DNA from: Candidatus Bathyarchaeia archaeon
GTDB taxonomy: Archaea > Thermoproteota > Bathyarchaeia > TCS64
Reading direction: 5' to 3'
Assembly: GCA_050014495.1 (NCBI GenBank)
Contig: JBEKDF010000009.1
Span: forward strand, 14,229-78,228
Length of the DNA: 64,000 nucleotides
The position numbers were made by a program, and so were the translations under genes. Shown here in pieces: positions 34,655 to 45,700 of the stretch; position 1 is the stretch's first letter; every line of letters starts with the position of its first letter. The notes under the pieces were generated by a model, which saw only the letters and a program-made list of their open reading frames with translations, did not search any database and was not told where the DNA came from.

Positions 34655-36013
34655 ATGTATCCCTATTTACCTATGCCAGTCACAAAGGAAGAGCTTCTCA
34701 AGGAAGCCCAGAAGTGGAGTAAGATCGCTCCACCCTACCATGCCTTCTACCACGGAAAGGTCGAGGTCATGCCCAAATGCGCTATTAGGACCCTACAGGA
34801 CTTCAGCATCTGGTACACCCCTGGTGTAGCCCAGGTTTGCAAGGACATAGAGAAGGACAAGGAGCTTGCCTTCGAGGGGACGAGCAAGTGGAACTATGTC
34901 GCCGTCGTCAGCGACGGCACAAGAGTACTCGGACTCGGCGATATCGGCGCCCAGGCCGGAATGCCCGTGATGGAGGGCAAGGCTCTTATCTTCAAGTATC
35001 TGGGCGGAGTCGATGCCTTTCCCATATGCCTTAGCACAAAGGACCCGGAGGAGATAATTCAGGCTGTTAAGTGGATAGAGCCAACCTTCGGCGGGATTAA
35101 CCTTGAGGATTTCTCGAGCCCCAAATGCTTCTACATCCTAGAGAGACTCAGGAAGGAGATGCCCATCCCCGTCTGGCACGATGACCAGCAGGGTACCGCA
35201 GCGGTGATACTTGCCGCTACCTATAACGCATTAAAGATGGTGGGTAAGAAACTCAACACCGCGAAGATAAGTATAGTCGGCGTCGGAGCGGCTAATACTC
35301 GTACCTACTATGTCCTCAAGTCAGCGGGGGCAAACCCGAAGAACATCCTCATGGCTGACTCCACTGGTATCCTCAGCCGGACTAGGAAGGACCTTGAGGG
35401 CAGCTACAAATGGGAAATTGCTAAGGAGACCAACCCAGACGGCTTGGAGGGTGGTATTAAGGAGGCCCTCGAAGGAGCCGACATCCTTATCGCTGCTAGT
35501 AAGTCTGGCCCAGACGTCATTAAGAAGGAGGACATAAAGGGAATGGCATCGAACGCCATAGTATTCGCCTGCGCTAACCCCATTCCGGAGATCTGGCCAT
35601 GGGAGGCTTCGGAGGGTGGTGCAAAGGTCGTTGCAACAGGGCGCAGCGACTTCCCTAACCAGGTAAACAACAGCCTCGTCTTCCCCGCTATATTCCGCGG
35701 AGCACTCGATGTCCGAGCCAAGACGATAACCGACGAGATGTGCATAGCCTCAGCTACGGCCCTCGCCAAGTTCGCCGAGGATAAGGGACTTACTGAGAAA
35801 TATATAATTCCCAGCATGGATGAGTGGGAGATCTATCCCCTTCAGGCTACCGAGGTAGCGTTGAAGTGCATAGAGCAGGGCCTTGCACGCAAGAAAGCTA
35901 GTAGGGCAGAGATTTACGACGGTGCAGCCGCCATAATCGAAAGGACGCAGAAGATCGTGAAACTACTGATGGCGCAGGGCTTTATTCCTTCTCCGCCCCC
36001 TGAGCCTAAGTGA
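34655..36013 (+). CDS. NAD(P)-dependent malic enzyme
   Basis: [43 protein letters not shown] and VGVGAA. The start is placed at an ATG (34655, or 34673) instead of the TTG at 34607. Confidence 0.85.
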   Translation: MYPYLPMPVTKEELLKEAQKWSKIAPPYHAFYHGKVEVMPKCAIRTLQDFSIWYTPGVAQVCKDIEKDKELAFEGTSKWNYVAVVSDGTRVLGLGDIGAQAGMPVMEGKALIFKYLGGVDAFPICLSTKDPEEIIQAVKWIEPTFGGINLEDFSSPKCFYILERLRKEMPIPVWHDDQQGTAAVILAATYNALKMVGKKLNTAKISIVGVGAANTRTYYVLKSAGANPKNILMADSTGILSRTRKDLEGSYKWEIAKETNPDGLEGGIKEALEGADILIAASKSGPDVIKKEDIKGMASNAIVFACANPIPEIWPWEASEGGAKVVATGRSDFPNQVNNSLVFPAIFRGALDVRAKTITDEMCIASATALAKFAEDKGLTEKYIIPSMDEWEIYPLQATEVALKCIEQGLARKKASRAEIYDGAAAIIERTQKIVKLLMAQGFIPSPPPEPK

Positions 36014-36059
36014 TCCTCATTTTTTCAAAATAGCGGCATTCACGAAAATAATGGGCTGT

Positions 36060-36953
36060 CTAGATTCTGTTCAGCCTCTTGAGAAGCGGGGTAACATCCA
36101 CTCTCCTTAAGTCCAGACCTAATTCCTCGGGCTTCACACCCATGGAGAGACCGAGGACATCGACAAAGTGTATAACTGGTATACCATATTCCTTTCCCTT
36201 CGATTCCTTGAGCTTGATCTGCCCGACTTCAAGCTGCATCATGCAAAAGGGACACGTCGCCACGATCGCGTCCGCCCCAGACTCTTTCACGTCGTCGAGG
36301 ATGGTCTCAGCAAGCTTGAGCCCTGCTTCCTCCGACACCTTCCCGAAGAAGGAGCCACACCCGATGCAGCACGCTGTCTTCTCATGGTAATCTATGCTTG
36401 TCGCCCCAGTCGACTCGATAAGTCTGTCGAGTTTCTGAGGGAACTCCGCGTCGTCGAAGCCTGAATACCTCTGAGGGAGGAAGAGGTGACAACCGTAGAA
36501 GGGAGCGGCTCTCAGACCGGTTAGGGGCTTTACACTAAGTTCCCTCAGCCCATCGGGGCTATAGTCCTTGTAGAGGGACGTAACAACGTGCTCTATCCTT
36601 ACTTTTCCCTTATACTCTCTCCCCACTTCCCCCAGTAATTTATTCACATCCTCCTTTATCTCGGGGTTGTGATCTAGAAGGTACTTTGCCCTCGAGAGGT
36701 TTCCGAAGCAGCTGGAGCAGAGGGTCATTAGGGGAAGGTCTTCCTGCTCTGCTATGGCGAGGTTCCTACTGGTGAGTGCCAACCCCCTCTCGTAATCCAC
36801 GCTGTGGACGAGGCAAGCAGGCATGCAGCAGTTGAAGTCATCCCTCTGACGAAGATTCACGTCGAGCCTCTTGAAGACCGCCCTCATTGCCATTTCGTAG
36901 CCGAGTTCCCTAACCGATGCGACGCATCCAGGAAATAGTAGGTACTCTGTCAA
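36060..36953 (-). CDS. hdrB: HdrB-like CCG-domain protein
   Basis: FPGC...FNCCMPA and FYGC...ACCIGCGSF...CPFC. Confidence 0.85.
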   Translation of the reverse strand: MTEYLLFPGCVASVRELGYEMAMRAVFKRLDVNLRQRDDFNCCMPACLVHSVDYERGLALTSRNLAIAEQEDLPLMTLCSSCFGNLSRAKYLLDHNPEIKEDVNKLLGEVGREYKGKVRIEHVVTSLYKDYSPDGLRELSVKPLTGLRAAPFYGCHLFLPQRYSGFDDAEFPQKLDRLIESTGATSIDYHEKTACCIGCGSFFGKVSEEAGLKLAETILDDVKESGADAIVATCPFCMMQLEVGQIKLKESKGKEYGIPVIHFVDVLGLSMGVKPEELGLDLRRVDVTPLLKRLNRI

Positions 36954-37432
36954 GCGTCCAATCTCCTGAGAAGATCTTCGCCAAATATCTTCCTCTGCTC
37001 TTCTATCGCCTTCGGAGAGATCGTAGCCCCTATGGGAGGTAACCCATATTCACCCCTCCACTCGTCGAAGTCGTTCGGAACCGAAACCGACCGCCCTGAC
37101 CTCATTATCTCACGCATGATCGCCTTAGGATTCTCGGGTATTCTGCCCTCTTTTGACGCAAGGTTCCTCGTCAGGAGGAATATCTCGGTGGGCTGGATCC
37201 CCTGTGGGCACCTCTCAGTACACCGGTAACACCATGCACACAGCCACAGTTCCTCGCTCTTCAGAAGCTCAGGTAGGTTTTGGGAGACCCTCTGAAGGAG
37301 CCTCCTTGGGTTATACATCCCAGGCAGCGCCTTCGCCATGGGGCAACTCCCCGTGCAGCTACCGCAGTCTTGGCAGTAGCTCAGCTTCTTTTCGTCTAAA
37401 AGACGAGCGAGCAGATCCTTTGTATTAACCAT
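36950..37432 (-). CDS. hdrC: HdrC-like 2x[4Fe-4S] protein
   Basis: CQDCGSCTGSCP and CAWCYRCTERCP. 4-nt overlap with the downstream hdrB. Confidence 0.8.
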   Translation of the reverse strand: MVNTKDLLARLLDEKKLSYCQDCGSCTGSCPMAKALPGMYNPRRLLQRVSQNLPELLKSEELWLCAWCYRCTERCPQGIQPTEIFLLTRNLASKEGRIPENPKAIMREIMRSGRSVSVPNDFDEWRGEYGLPPIGATISPKAIEEQRKIFGEDLLRRLDA

Positions 37433-37661
37433 GTTATCCGATCCAGAAACCGGTCTATCTCAATCCAGTAATTACAGTATATTAAATATTTACTTCAAGT
37501 GTGGATGGATGCCGTTTACTCAACTATTAATGAGTTTTCTCTGAGGTTACGGGACCATTAGATATCAATAAAGGGTATATACTGGCGTTAGAAAGGGTAG
37601 TGGAATAGCTCCCCTTGAGAAGCAGCTAGAGGCGTGTTTGTTGACTCAAAGAAAACCCAAG

Positions 37662-38120
37662 ATGATGGATAAGGTGAACGCGGAGACCTGTGATCAGTGT
37701 GGTAAATGCCCGTCATCGTGCCCGGTCACAGTACGCATCGAGGGCTTCAATCCTCGCCAGATCATTGCGAAGGTCGCCTTGGGTAAAGAGGCTGAGCTGA
37801 TGAAGAGCCAGGTTTTATGGACCTGCACTAGCTGTCTCAAATGTAAGGAGCGTTGCCCTGAGGAGATCTCCCCTTACGACGTTATACTAGCTCTGCGCCG
37901 TATAGCTATCAATCTGGAGTTACCTCACCCTGAGGGATACGACGAGTCAGTGAAAGCCGTGGTTGAAACTGGCGTCGTTCAGCAACCTCAGCTTGTTCGA
38001 ACTCGTAACAAGGAGAGGAAGGATAGGAAGTCTATGGGACTTCCACCTGCGGAGAAGCCAAGGGACATGACTATGTACACCAAGACTCTCCGAGGCATTC
38101 TTGAGGAAGATGAACTTTGA
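37662..38120 (+). CDS. hdrC: HdrC-like 2x[4Fe-4S] protein
   Basis: CDQCGKCPSSCP and CTSCLKCKERCP. ATG at 37662 is preferred over TTG at 37638. Confidence 0.8.
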   Translation: MMDKVNAETCDQCGKCPSSCPVTVRIEGFNPRQIIAKVALGKEAELMKSQVLWTCTSCLKCKERCPEEISPYDVILALRRIAINLELPHPEGYDESVKAVVETGVVQQPQLVRTRNKERKDRKSMGLPPAEKPRDMTMYTKTLRGILEEDEL

Positions 38121-38995
38121 AGTACGCTCTCTATTTGGGGTGTACTGTCCAGACCGAACAGTACGGATACGAGGCCTCTGTGAGGGCGACTATGCCTAGG
38201 CTGGACGTAGAACTCGTGGGCATGGTCGGGGTAAGTTGTTGTGGGTTCCCACCATTTAGTAGTGTCAATGAATTAGCCTGGTTGTACTCATCTGCTAGGA
38301 ATATTGCTATAGCCGAGGAGATGGGCCTCCCACTACTAACCTTATGCAACGGTTGCCATCTCTCTTTCACGGAGACTATACACAAGCTGGGGAACTCCCC
38401 AGAATTGAAGGTGAAGGTTAATGAGAAACTTGCCGGAGAGGGACTTAGATATGATGGTAAGGTTAAACTCGTTCATATCTTTGAGCTCTTACACGATGAA
38501 GTTGGGAAAGATAAGATCACGGCCGCTTTAACGAATCCCTTGAAGGGATTCAGGTTCGCAGCGCAGCCGGGCTGCCACTCTATAAGGCCAAGCAGAGTCG
38601 GTAGACCTGACAACCCTGAGAACCCGAAGAAGCTTGATGAACTCATAACCTGGCTCGGGGCTGAGGCCGGTGACTACCCTGAGAAAAACGACTGCTGCGG
38701 CAGCTCTCTAGCAGTATCAGCCGGGAAGGTCGTCCTCGATATAGCTGGGGAGAAACTCAAAGCAGTCAAACGCCGCGGCTTCGACGGCCTTGTAACGACC
38801 TGCCCATTCTGTTTCAAAGTCTACGACAACAAGCAGCGAGCCATCCAGGCGATGGGGGGCAAGGAGATAGATATGCCCGTCTTCTACTATACTCAGTTAC
38901 TCGGCCTCGCCATTGGCCTTAAACAGGAGGAGTTGGGAATCGATCTAAATCAGAGCCCGGTCGACGAGTTGCTCATAAGGATAGGAGGAGCATAG
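38117..38995 (+). CDS. hdrB: HdrB-like CCG-domain protein
   Basis: YLGCT...VSCCGFP and QPGC...DCCGSS...CPFC. Confidence 0.85.
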   Translation: MKYALYLGCTVQTEQYGYEASVRATMPRLDVELVGMVGVSCCGFPPFSSVNELAWLYSSARNIAIAEEMGLPLLTLCNGCHLSFTETIHKLGNSPELKVKVNEKLAGEGLRYDGKVKLVHIFELLHDEVGKDKITAALTNPLKGFRFAAQPGCHSIRPSRVGRPDNPENPKKLDELITWLGAEAGDYPEKNDCCGSSLAVSAGKVVLDIAGEKLKAVKRRGFDGLVTTCPFCFKVYDNKQRAIQAMGGKEIDMPVFYYTQLLGLAIGLKQEELGIDLNQSPVDELLIRIGGA

Positions 38996-38996
38996 G

Positions 38997-40304
38997 TTGA
39001 AGCCAGTACTCGTCATAGGTGGCGGAATCGCTGGTATACAAGCAAGCCTAGACCTCGCAGATAGGGGCACAAAGGTCCATCTAATTGAGAAGACCCCGAG
39101 TATTGGTGGCGTCATGGCGCAGCTTGATAAAACCTTCCCCACTATGGACTGTAGTATCTGCATACTAGCCCCGAAGATGATAGAGTGCTACAGGCACCCC
39201 AATATCACCATCCACTCTGAAAGCGAGGTCGTTAACCTCGAAGGCGCAGTTGGCGACTTTAGAGTTAAAATCCTCGAACACCCACGAAGCGTAGACGCGA
39301 AGAAGTGCACGGGATGTGGCCTTTGTAGTGAAAAGTGCCCCGTCAAACGTCCCAGCAGCTTCCAGGCTGGCCTTGGACAGCGTAAGGCGATCTACCTTGC
39401 CTTTCCTCAAGCCGTCCCCCTCATAGCCACAATCGATCGCGACGCCTGCCTCTGGTTCACAAAGGGATTATGCAGAACATGTGAGAAGGTCTGTCCCTCC
39501 AAAGCGGTGGACTATGAGCAAAAGGAGAACTTAATCGAACTAAACGTCTCTAGCGTAATCACTGCGACTGGCTTCGAGCAGTACAATCCAAAAGACATTG
39601 GCGAATATGGCTACGGGCGCTACAAGAACGTTCTGACTGCTTTGGAATTCGAGCGCCTCGTGTGCGCTTCAGGGCCCACCGGTGGTGTCCTAAGCAGACC
39701 CAGTGATGGGAAAGTGAGCCACAACACAGCCTTCATCCAATGCGTCGGGAGCCGAACCCAGACCGTCGGTTACTCCTATTGCAGTGCTTTCTGTTGCATG
39801 TATGCCACTAAGGAGGCTGTCCTCATCAAGGAGCATGAGCCAAGTAGTCACGTCACAATATTTTACATGGATCTAAAGACCTTCGGAAAGGGATTCCAGG
39901 GCTTCGTCGATCGCGCCCAAAGCCACTGGGGTGTCCAGTATATCAGAGGCCGTCCAGGTGAAATAAGGGAGGATCCAGTTACAAAGAACCTAACAATCCT
40001 TTATGAGAACACGGAGATCGGCAAGGTCGAGCGTATCGAGGTCGACATGGTAATCCTCTGCACAGCCGCTGTCCCACACAGAGAAAACAAGGAGCTCGCT
40101 CAGGTCCTCGGTGTCGAGCTGGATGAATATGGCTTTTTCGAGGTGGGAGACCCCGTCTCCTCGCCAGTCGAAACAGGCAAACCAGGTGTTTACGTCTGCG
40201 GTAGTTGCCACGGTCCAAGAGACATTCCCGAATCAGTAGCCGAGGCGAGCGCAACCGCGGCGAAGGCTTCTGAGAACATCGTACTTTCGGAGGTAGGACA
40301 ATGA
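38997..40304 (+). CDS. HdrA-related flavoprotein lacking the HdrA N-domain (QmoA-like architecture)
   Basis: VIGGGIAGIQASLDLA, TMDCSICILAPKM, CTGCGLCSEKCP and YCSAFCCMYATKEA. TTG start. 435 aa. Confidence 0.8.
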   Translation: MKPVLVIGGGIAGIQASLDLADRGTKVHLIEKTPSIGGVMAQLDKTFPTMDCSICILAPKMIECYRHPNITIHSESEVVNLEGAVGDFRVKILEHPRSVDAKKCTGCGLCSEKCPVKRPSSFQAGLGQRKAIYLAFPQAVPLIATIDRDACLWFTKGLCRTCEKVCPSKAVDYEQKENLIELNVSSVITATGFEQYNPKDIGEYGYGRYKNVLTALEFERLVCASGPTGGVLSRPSDGKVSHNTAFIQCVGSRTQTVGYSYCSAFCCMYATKEAVLIKEHEPSSHVTIFYMDLKTFGKGFQGFVDRAQSHWGVQYIRGRPGEIREDPVTKNLTILYENTEIGKVERIEVDMVILCTAAVPHRENKELAQVLGVELDEYGFFEVGDPVSSPVETGKPGVYVCGSCHGPRDIPESVAEASATAAKASENIVLSEVGQ

Positions 40305-41974
40305 CTTCAGCTCCCAGAATCGGGGTCTTTGTCTGTCGCTGCGGTATAAATATCGCCGCTTATGTGGATGTCCCCGCAGTCGTTGAGTACGCAAAGACAC
40401 TCCCTGGCGTCACCTATGCAGAGGAAAACATGTATACATGCAGCAGCGATGGCCTAAACAAAATAAAGGAAGCGATCAAGAAGTACGGTCTAGAACGTAT
40501 TGTCGTCGCCTCATGCACTCCTCGAACACACGAGCCCCTATTCCAGGCCACCTGCGAGGAGTCAGGGGTGAACAAATACCTTTTCGAAATGGCAAATATA
40601 CGGGACCAGTGTAGTTGGGTTCACCAGAAAGAGCCAGAGAAAGCGACTGAGAAAGCAAAAGACCTAATTAGGATGGCTGTTGCAAAAGCTGCTCTCCTCG
40701 AGTCAGGCGATGAACCTGAAATCGATGTTACCCCGAGCACCCTCGTCATAGGTGGTGGGGTCTCCGGCATGCGGGCAGCCCTCAGCATCGCAGACCAAGG
40801 ATTCAATGTCACTATCGTGGAAAAGGAGTCCACCCTCGGAGGTAAGCTGCGGGGATTCGACAGCCTCTTCCCACACAAGCAGAAAGCCTCAGAGGTTCTC
40901 ATGCCATTAATTACAAGGGTATCCACTCACCCTAGGATCCGGGTTCTGACCAAGAGCACTGTAAAATCTGTCTACGGCTTCCTTGGGAACTTTGACATAG
41001 GTGTTGAGACTCGTCAAGGAGTTGAGGTTCTAAAGGTTGGTACAATAATCGTCGCCGTTGGCGCAGACATACTAAAGCCAAAGGGTCTATACTTGTATGG
41101 TGAAGACCCACGCGTTGTCACTCAGAGCGAGCTTGAGCAACTTCTTCACAAGGGTGAAGTTGACGCTAAAATTGTTGTAATGATCCAGTGCGCAGGCTCA
41201 CGCAATGAGGAGCACCCCTACTGTAGCCGGATATGTTGTAATGAGGCCGTGAAAAACGCCATTAATATCACTGAGAAGGAGAGCGATGTCTACATACTCT
41301 ACCGTGACCTCCAAACCTATGGCATCCACTACTCGCGCCTCGAGCAGGAGGCCAAGAGAAAAGGCGTTAAGTTCCTAAAATATCAGGCGGAGAGACCGCC
41401 GTTGGTCACCTCAGAGCCTGATGGGCTCAAGGTGAGTCTATACAGTCCGACAGTGAACGAGGCCGTGGAGCTTAGACCCGATATGCTTGTCCTTAGTACC
41501 CCACTAGTGCCTGTGGCTGACGCTAAAGAGCTTAGCCAGTTGCTGAAGGTCCCTCTCGACTCAAATGGCTTCTTCATGGAGGCGCATGTTAAGCTTCGCC
41601 CAATAGATTTCGCTACTGATGGTATCTTCATCTGCGGCACTGCCCACAGCCCGAAGGACATTGGAGAGAGTGTCGCGCAGGCACTGGGCGTGGCGAGCAG
41701 GGCCTCAATACCCATGGCTAAGAAGAGGGTACGCACTGCGGCCATCATGAGCCAGGTGGACCAGACGCGATGCAGTGGTTGCGGCACTTGCCTAGATGTC
41801 TGCCCATACAACGCATTGAAGAAAAACGATAAGGGCCTCGCCGAGACCATCGCCGCCGTCTGCAAAGGTTGCGGAGTATGCGGTGCAACGTGTCCTGAGA
41901 AGGCGATAACTATGCACCACTTTACAGACGCACAGATAGAAGCACAGGGCCTAGCCGCCCTAGAGGAGGACTAG
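40301..41974 (+). CDS. hdrA: HdrA-type flavoprotein (N-domain, FAD domain, C-terminal 2x[4Fe-4S])
   Basis: IGVFVCRCGINIA...ASCTPRTHE...EMANIRDQCSWVH, VIGGGVSGMRAAL, YCSRICC, CSGCGTCLDVCP and CKGCGVCGATCP. ATGA overlap with the upstream gene. Confidence 0.85.
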   Translation: MTSAPRIGVFVCRCGINIAAYVDVPAVVEYAKTLPGVTYAEENMYTCSSDGLNKIKEAIKKYGLERIVVASCTPRTHEPLFQATCEESGVNKYLFEMANIRDQCSWVHQKEPEKATEKAKDLIRMAVAKAALLESGDEPEIDVTPSTLVIGGGVSGMRAALSIADQGFNVTIVEKESTLGGKLRGFDSLFPHKQKASEVLMPLITRVSTHPRIRVLTKSTVKSVYGFLGNFDIGVETRQGVEVLKVGTIIVAVGADILKPKGLYLYGEDPRVVTQSELEQLLHKGEVDAKIVVMIQCAGSRNEEHPYCSRICCNEAVKNAINITEKESDVYILYRDLQTYGIHYSRLEQEAKRKGVKFLKYQAERPPLVTSEPDGLKVSLYSPTVNEAVELRPDMLVLSTPLVPVADAKELSQLLKVPLDSNGFFMEAHVKLRPIDFATDGIFICGTAHSPKDIGESVAQALGVASRASIPMAKKRVRTAAIMSQVDQTRCSGCGTCLDVCPYNALKKNDKGLAETIAAVCKGCGVCGATCPEKAITMHHFTDAQIEAQGLAALEED

Positions 41975-41976
41975 AT

Positions 41977-42744
41977 ATGAGCACATTCGAGCCAAATATA
42001 GTTGGCTTCTTATGCAATTGGTGCAGCTACGCTGGAGCAGACCTAGCCGGCGTCAGTCGAATCCAGTACCCCACTAACCTGCGCATCATCAAAGTCATGT
42101 GTAGTGGGCGTGTCGAGCCTGGGATGGTCCTCGAATTCCTCGAAGCAGGCGCTGACGGGATCATGGTGACAGGCTGCCACATAGGCGACTGCCACTACAT
42201 TACCGGGAACCTCCACACGAAGCGGAAATTCGCCCTTCTCCAGAAGCTATTAGCAAAGACAGGTCTCGAGCCCCAGCGCATAAGGCTCGAATGGAACAGC
42301 GCCTCTGAAGGACAGCGCTTCGCCAATCTCGTCAAAGAGTTCACCGAACAAGTACGCGACATCGGCCCGACACCCCTAAAAGCACCGAAACCAGACGCTG
42401 CGAAGCTCCTTAACCTCCGAGCTGCGAAGGCAGCAGCGGATGCCTTCAGGCTCCGCGCCCTTGTTGGTAAGGAAGAGAAGCTCGTGACCACAGGCAACGT
42501 CTACGGTGAGAAGATCACTCAGGATGAGTTCACGAAGACGATGGATAGCGCCGTCGAGACTGAGTTCCAGGTCCACCGTATACACATTCTACTTCAGGAG
42601 AGGTCGAGGTCTGTGAAGGACTTAGCAAATCAGCTCAGTTTGCAGCCTAGGACCGTACTCGGGTATATGGTTGCTCTTAGGCAGAGAGGCTGGGTCGACG
42701 TCAAGGAGACCGTGGAGGGAACACCCCTCTACGCGGCGCAGTGA
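41977..42744 (+). CDS. mvhD: MvhD ([2Fe-2S]) domain fused to a C-terminal winged helix-turn-helix
   Basis: N-terminal half FLCNWCSYAGADLAG...VMCSGRV...GADGIMVTGCHIGDCHY. An Ala/Lys-rich linker follows. C-terminus RSVKDLANQLSLQPRTVLGYMVALRQRGWVDVKETVEGTPLY is wHTH-like. Confidence 0.75.
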   Translation: MSTFEPNIVGFLCNWCSYAGADLAGVSRIQYPTNLRIIKVMCSGRVEPGMVLEFLEAGADGIMVTGCHIGDCHYITGNLHTKRKFALLQKLLAKTGLEPQRIRLEWNSASEGQRFANLVKEFTEQVRDIGPTPLKAPKPDAAKLLNLRAAKAAADAFRLRALVGKEEKLVTTGNVYGEKITQDEFTKTMDSAVETEFQVHRIHILLQERSRSVKDLANQLSLQPRTVLGYMVALRQRGWVDVKETVEGTPLYAAQ

Positions 42745-42755
42745 GGCGATTATTT

Positions 42756-45700
42756 ATGAAGAAAACAGGCAGTGTAATGGTCGTCGGCGGAGGCATAGCG
42801 GGTATTCAAGCTGCTTTGGACCTCGCTGACTCCGGCTTCAAGGTCTACATAGTTGAGCGGGAGCCGAGCATCGGTGGAGTCATGACGCAGCTAGATAAGA
42901 CATTCCCCACGAACGACTGCGCAATGTGCATACTCGCCCCCAAGCTTGTAAGTGCAGGGCGCCATCCAAATATACAGCTCCTAACCTACAGCGAGATCAA
43001 GTCGCTCCAAGGCAAGGAAGGCAACTTTACCGCGACCATTCTCAAGAAGGCGCGCCATGTTGACCCTGCCAAATGCAAGGGTTGTGGCGACTGCGCCACC
43101 AAGTGCCCAACATCCGCCATAGACACATACAATGCTAACCTCAACGACCGCAAAGCAGTGTACATACGCTTCAGCCAGGCCGTCCCACTTACATATGCGA
43201 TCGACAAAGACAAATGCCTCGGCTGCGGCATATGCAGCGAAGTCTGCAAGGCCGATGCCATAAAATACGACGACGTCGACGAGGAGTTGAAACTCAATGT
43301 CGGCTCCGTCATACTCGCCCCCGGCTTCGAGGCATTTGACCCCTCAAAGCTCAGCGAGCTAGGCTACGGCAGATATCCGAACGTAGTTAGCAGCATTGAG
43401 TTCGAGCGTATACTCAGCGCCACAGGGCCCTACCGGGGAGTCGTCCTTCGTCCGAGCGATGGCGACATGCCCAAGAAGGTCGCATTCCTCCAGTGCGTGG
43501 GTAGCCGAGACGCCCGTGTTGGCAACCCTTACTGCAGCGGTGTCTGCTGCATGTACGCTATAAAGGAGGCCGTCATCGCACAAGAGCATAATCCCGGCCT
43601 CGAGGCTAGCGTCTTCTTCATGGACATACGCGCCTTCGGCAAGGAATTTGACGACTACTATACACGCGCTGAGCACGAGCACGGAATCAAATTCATCAGG
43701 AGCCGCGTTGGCCACATCGAGCAGGACCCGGATACCGATAGCCTCAACCTGACTTACGAAGAGGGTGGCGAGGTCAAGCAGAATCGCTACGACATGGTGG
43801 TCCTGGGTGTGGGTCTCAACCCGCCGAAGAGCGCGGAGCAGCTCAGTAAGGCGATAGGCTTCACACTCAACAAATATGGGTTCGCAGAGACCAAGCTCTT
43901 CAGCCCGCTGGAGACGAGCAGGAAGGGTGTCTACGTCTGCGGGGCATTCAGTAGCCCGAAGGACATCCCCGACAGCGTCGCACAGGCAAGTGGCGCAGCC
44001 GCGAAAGCAGCTAAGGCGATCTCCAGTGTTCGTGGGACGCAGGTTAATCCCATTATGTTCCCAACGGAGCGCGACATCGCCAACGAGGAGCCACGCGTCG
44101 GCGTCTTCGTCTGCTGGTGCGGGATAAACATTGGCGGCGTAGTCAACGTCCCGAGCGTCGCGGCATATGCGAAGAAGCTCCCCCACGTAGCATATGCAGA
44201 GGAGAACCTCTACACATGCAGCCAGGACACACAGGACAGGATCAAGAACACCATCATTGAGTACAAGCTCAACCGCGTTGTCGTCGCCTCATGCACCCCA
44301 AGGACACATGAGCCACTCTTTAGAGCCACCCTAAGGGAGGCGGGCCTCAACGAGTATCTCTTCGAGATGGCGAACATACGCGATCAGTGCAGCTGGGTAC
44401 ACATGCACGAGAAGGAAGCCGCAACAAAAAAAGCTGAGGACCTTATCAGGATGGCGGTCGCCAAAGCGAGCCTCCTCCAACCACTTGAGAAGCATAAGAT
44501 ACACGTCACACCAGGAGCACTCATCGTCGGCGGTGGCGTAAGCGGTATGACTGTCGCCCTCGAAATCGCAGACCAGGGCTACGAGGTCCACCTCGTTGAG
44601 AAGGAAGCTGAGCTAGGCGGTAACATGAAGAGGATTAAGTTCCTCCCATCGGGGGAAGATCCTGCCGCGGAGCTGGCTAAGCTCGAGGCGCGAGTAAGGA
44701 AAAACCCTAATATCCGGCTCTACACGGGAACGCAGGTCGTAGAGATAGACGGCTACGTCGGCAACTTCGAGACTACCCTTGTCAGTACAGAGAAGGAGAC
44801 ACAGATCAAGCACGGCGTAGTGATCGTAGCCACCGGCGGGGTGGAATACACGCCAAAGGAGTACGAATATGGCAAGCACCCCGACGTCATGACTCAATTC
44901 CAGTTAGAGGAAAGGCTCCACGGAGGCTACAAGCCCAACACAGTAGTTATGATCCAGTGCGTAGGCAGCCGTAATGAGGAGCACCCGAACTGCAGCCGTG
45001 TTTGCTGCACCGGCGCTGTTAACAACGCCCTAAAGGTCAAGGAGGCAAACCCCGCAGCAGACATCTACATCCTCTACAAGGACATGAGGACATACGGCTT
45101 CAAGGAGGACTACTACCGGGCCGCTGCAAACAAAGGTGTCATATTCATCAGATACGACGACGGGCACAAGCCCGAGGTCCTAGCTCAAGGTGGCCTCAAG
45201 GTGAAGGTACTCGATCTCGTCCTAATGGAGAACGTGGTCATCGAGCCCGACGCCCTCGTGCTCAGCGCGGGTGTACTACCCGCCGCTGACAATAAGCGCC
45301 TCGCGGGGATGCTCAAGGTACCTATCAGCAAGGACGGCTTCTTCCTAGAGGCACATATGAAGTTGCGCCCCCTTGACTTCGCGACGGAGGGCGTCTACCT
45401 CTGCGGTTTAGCACACGGCCCAAAGACCATCGATGAGTGCATAAGTCAGGCCAGTGGCGCCGCTGCGAGGGCGCTGACCATCCTAAGCCACGACGAGATC
45501 GAGGCCGAGGGCGCCATTGCCAGCGTCGATGAGGATGCCTGCAGCGGCTGCCAGATGTGCGCCGCCGTCTGCGAGTTCAAGGCGATAGAGATGGTGAAGA
45601 AAGGCGACAAGATACACAGCCACGTCATCGCCGAGGTCTGCAAGGGTTGCGGAGTCTGCGCAGCCACTTGCCCGAGTGGGGCAATCACGGTCGGGCACTT

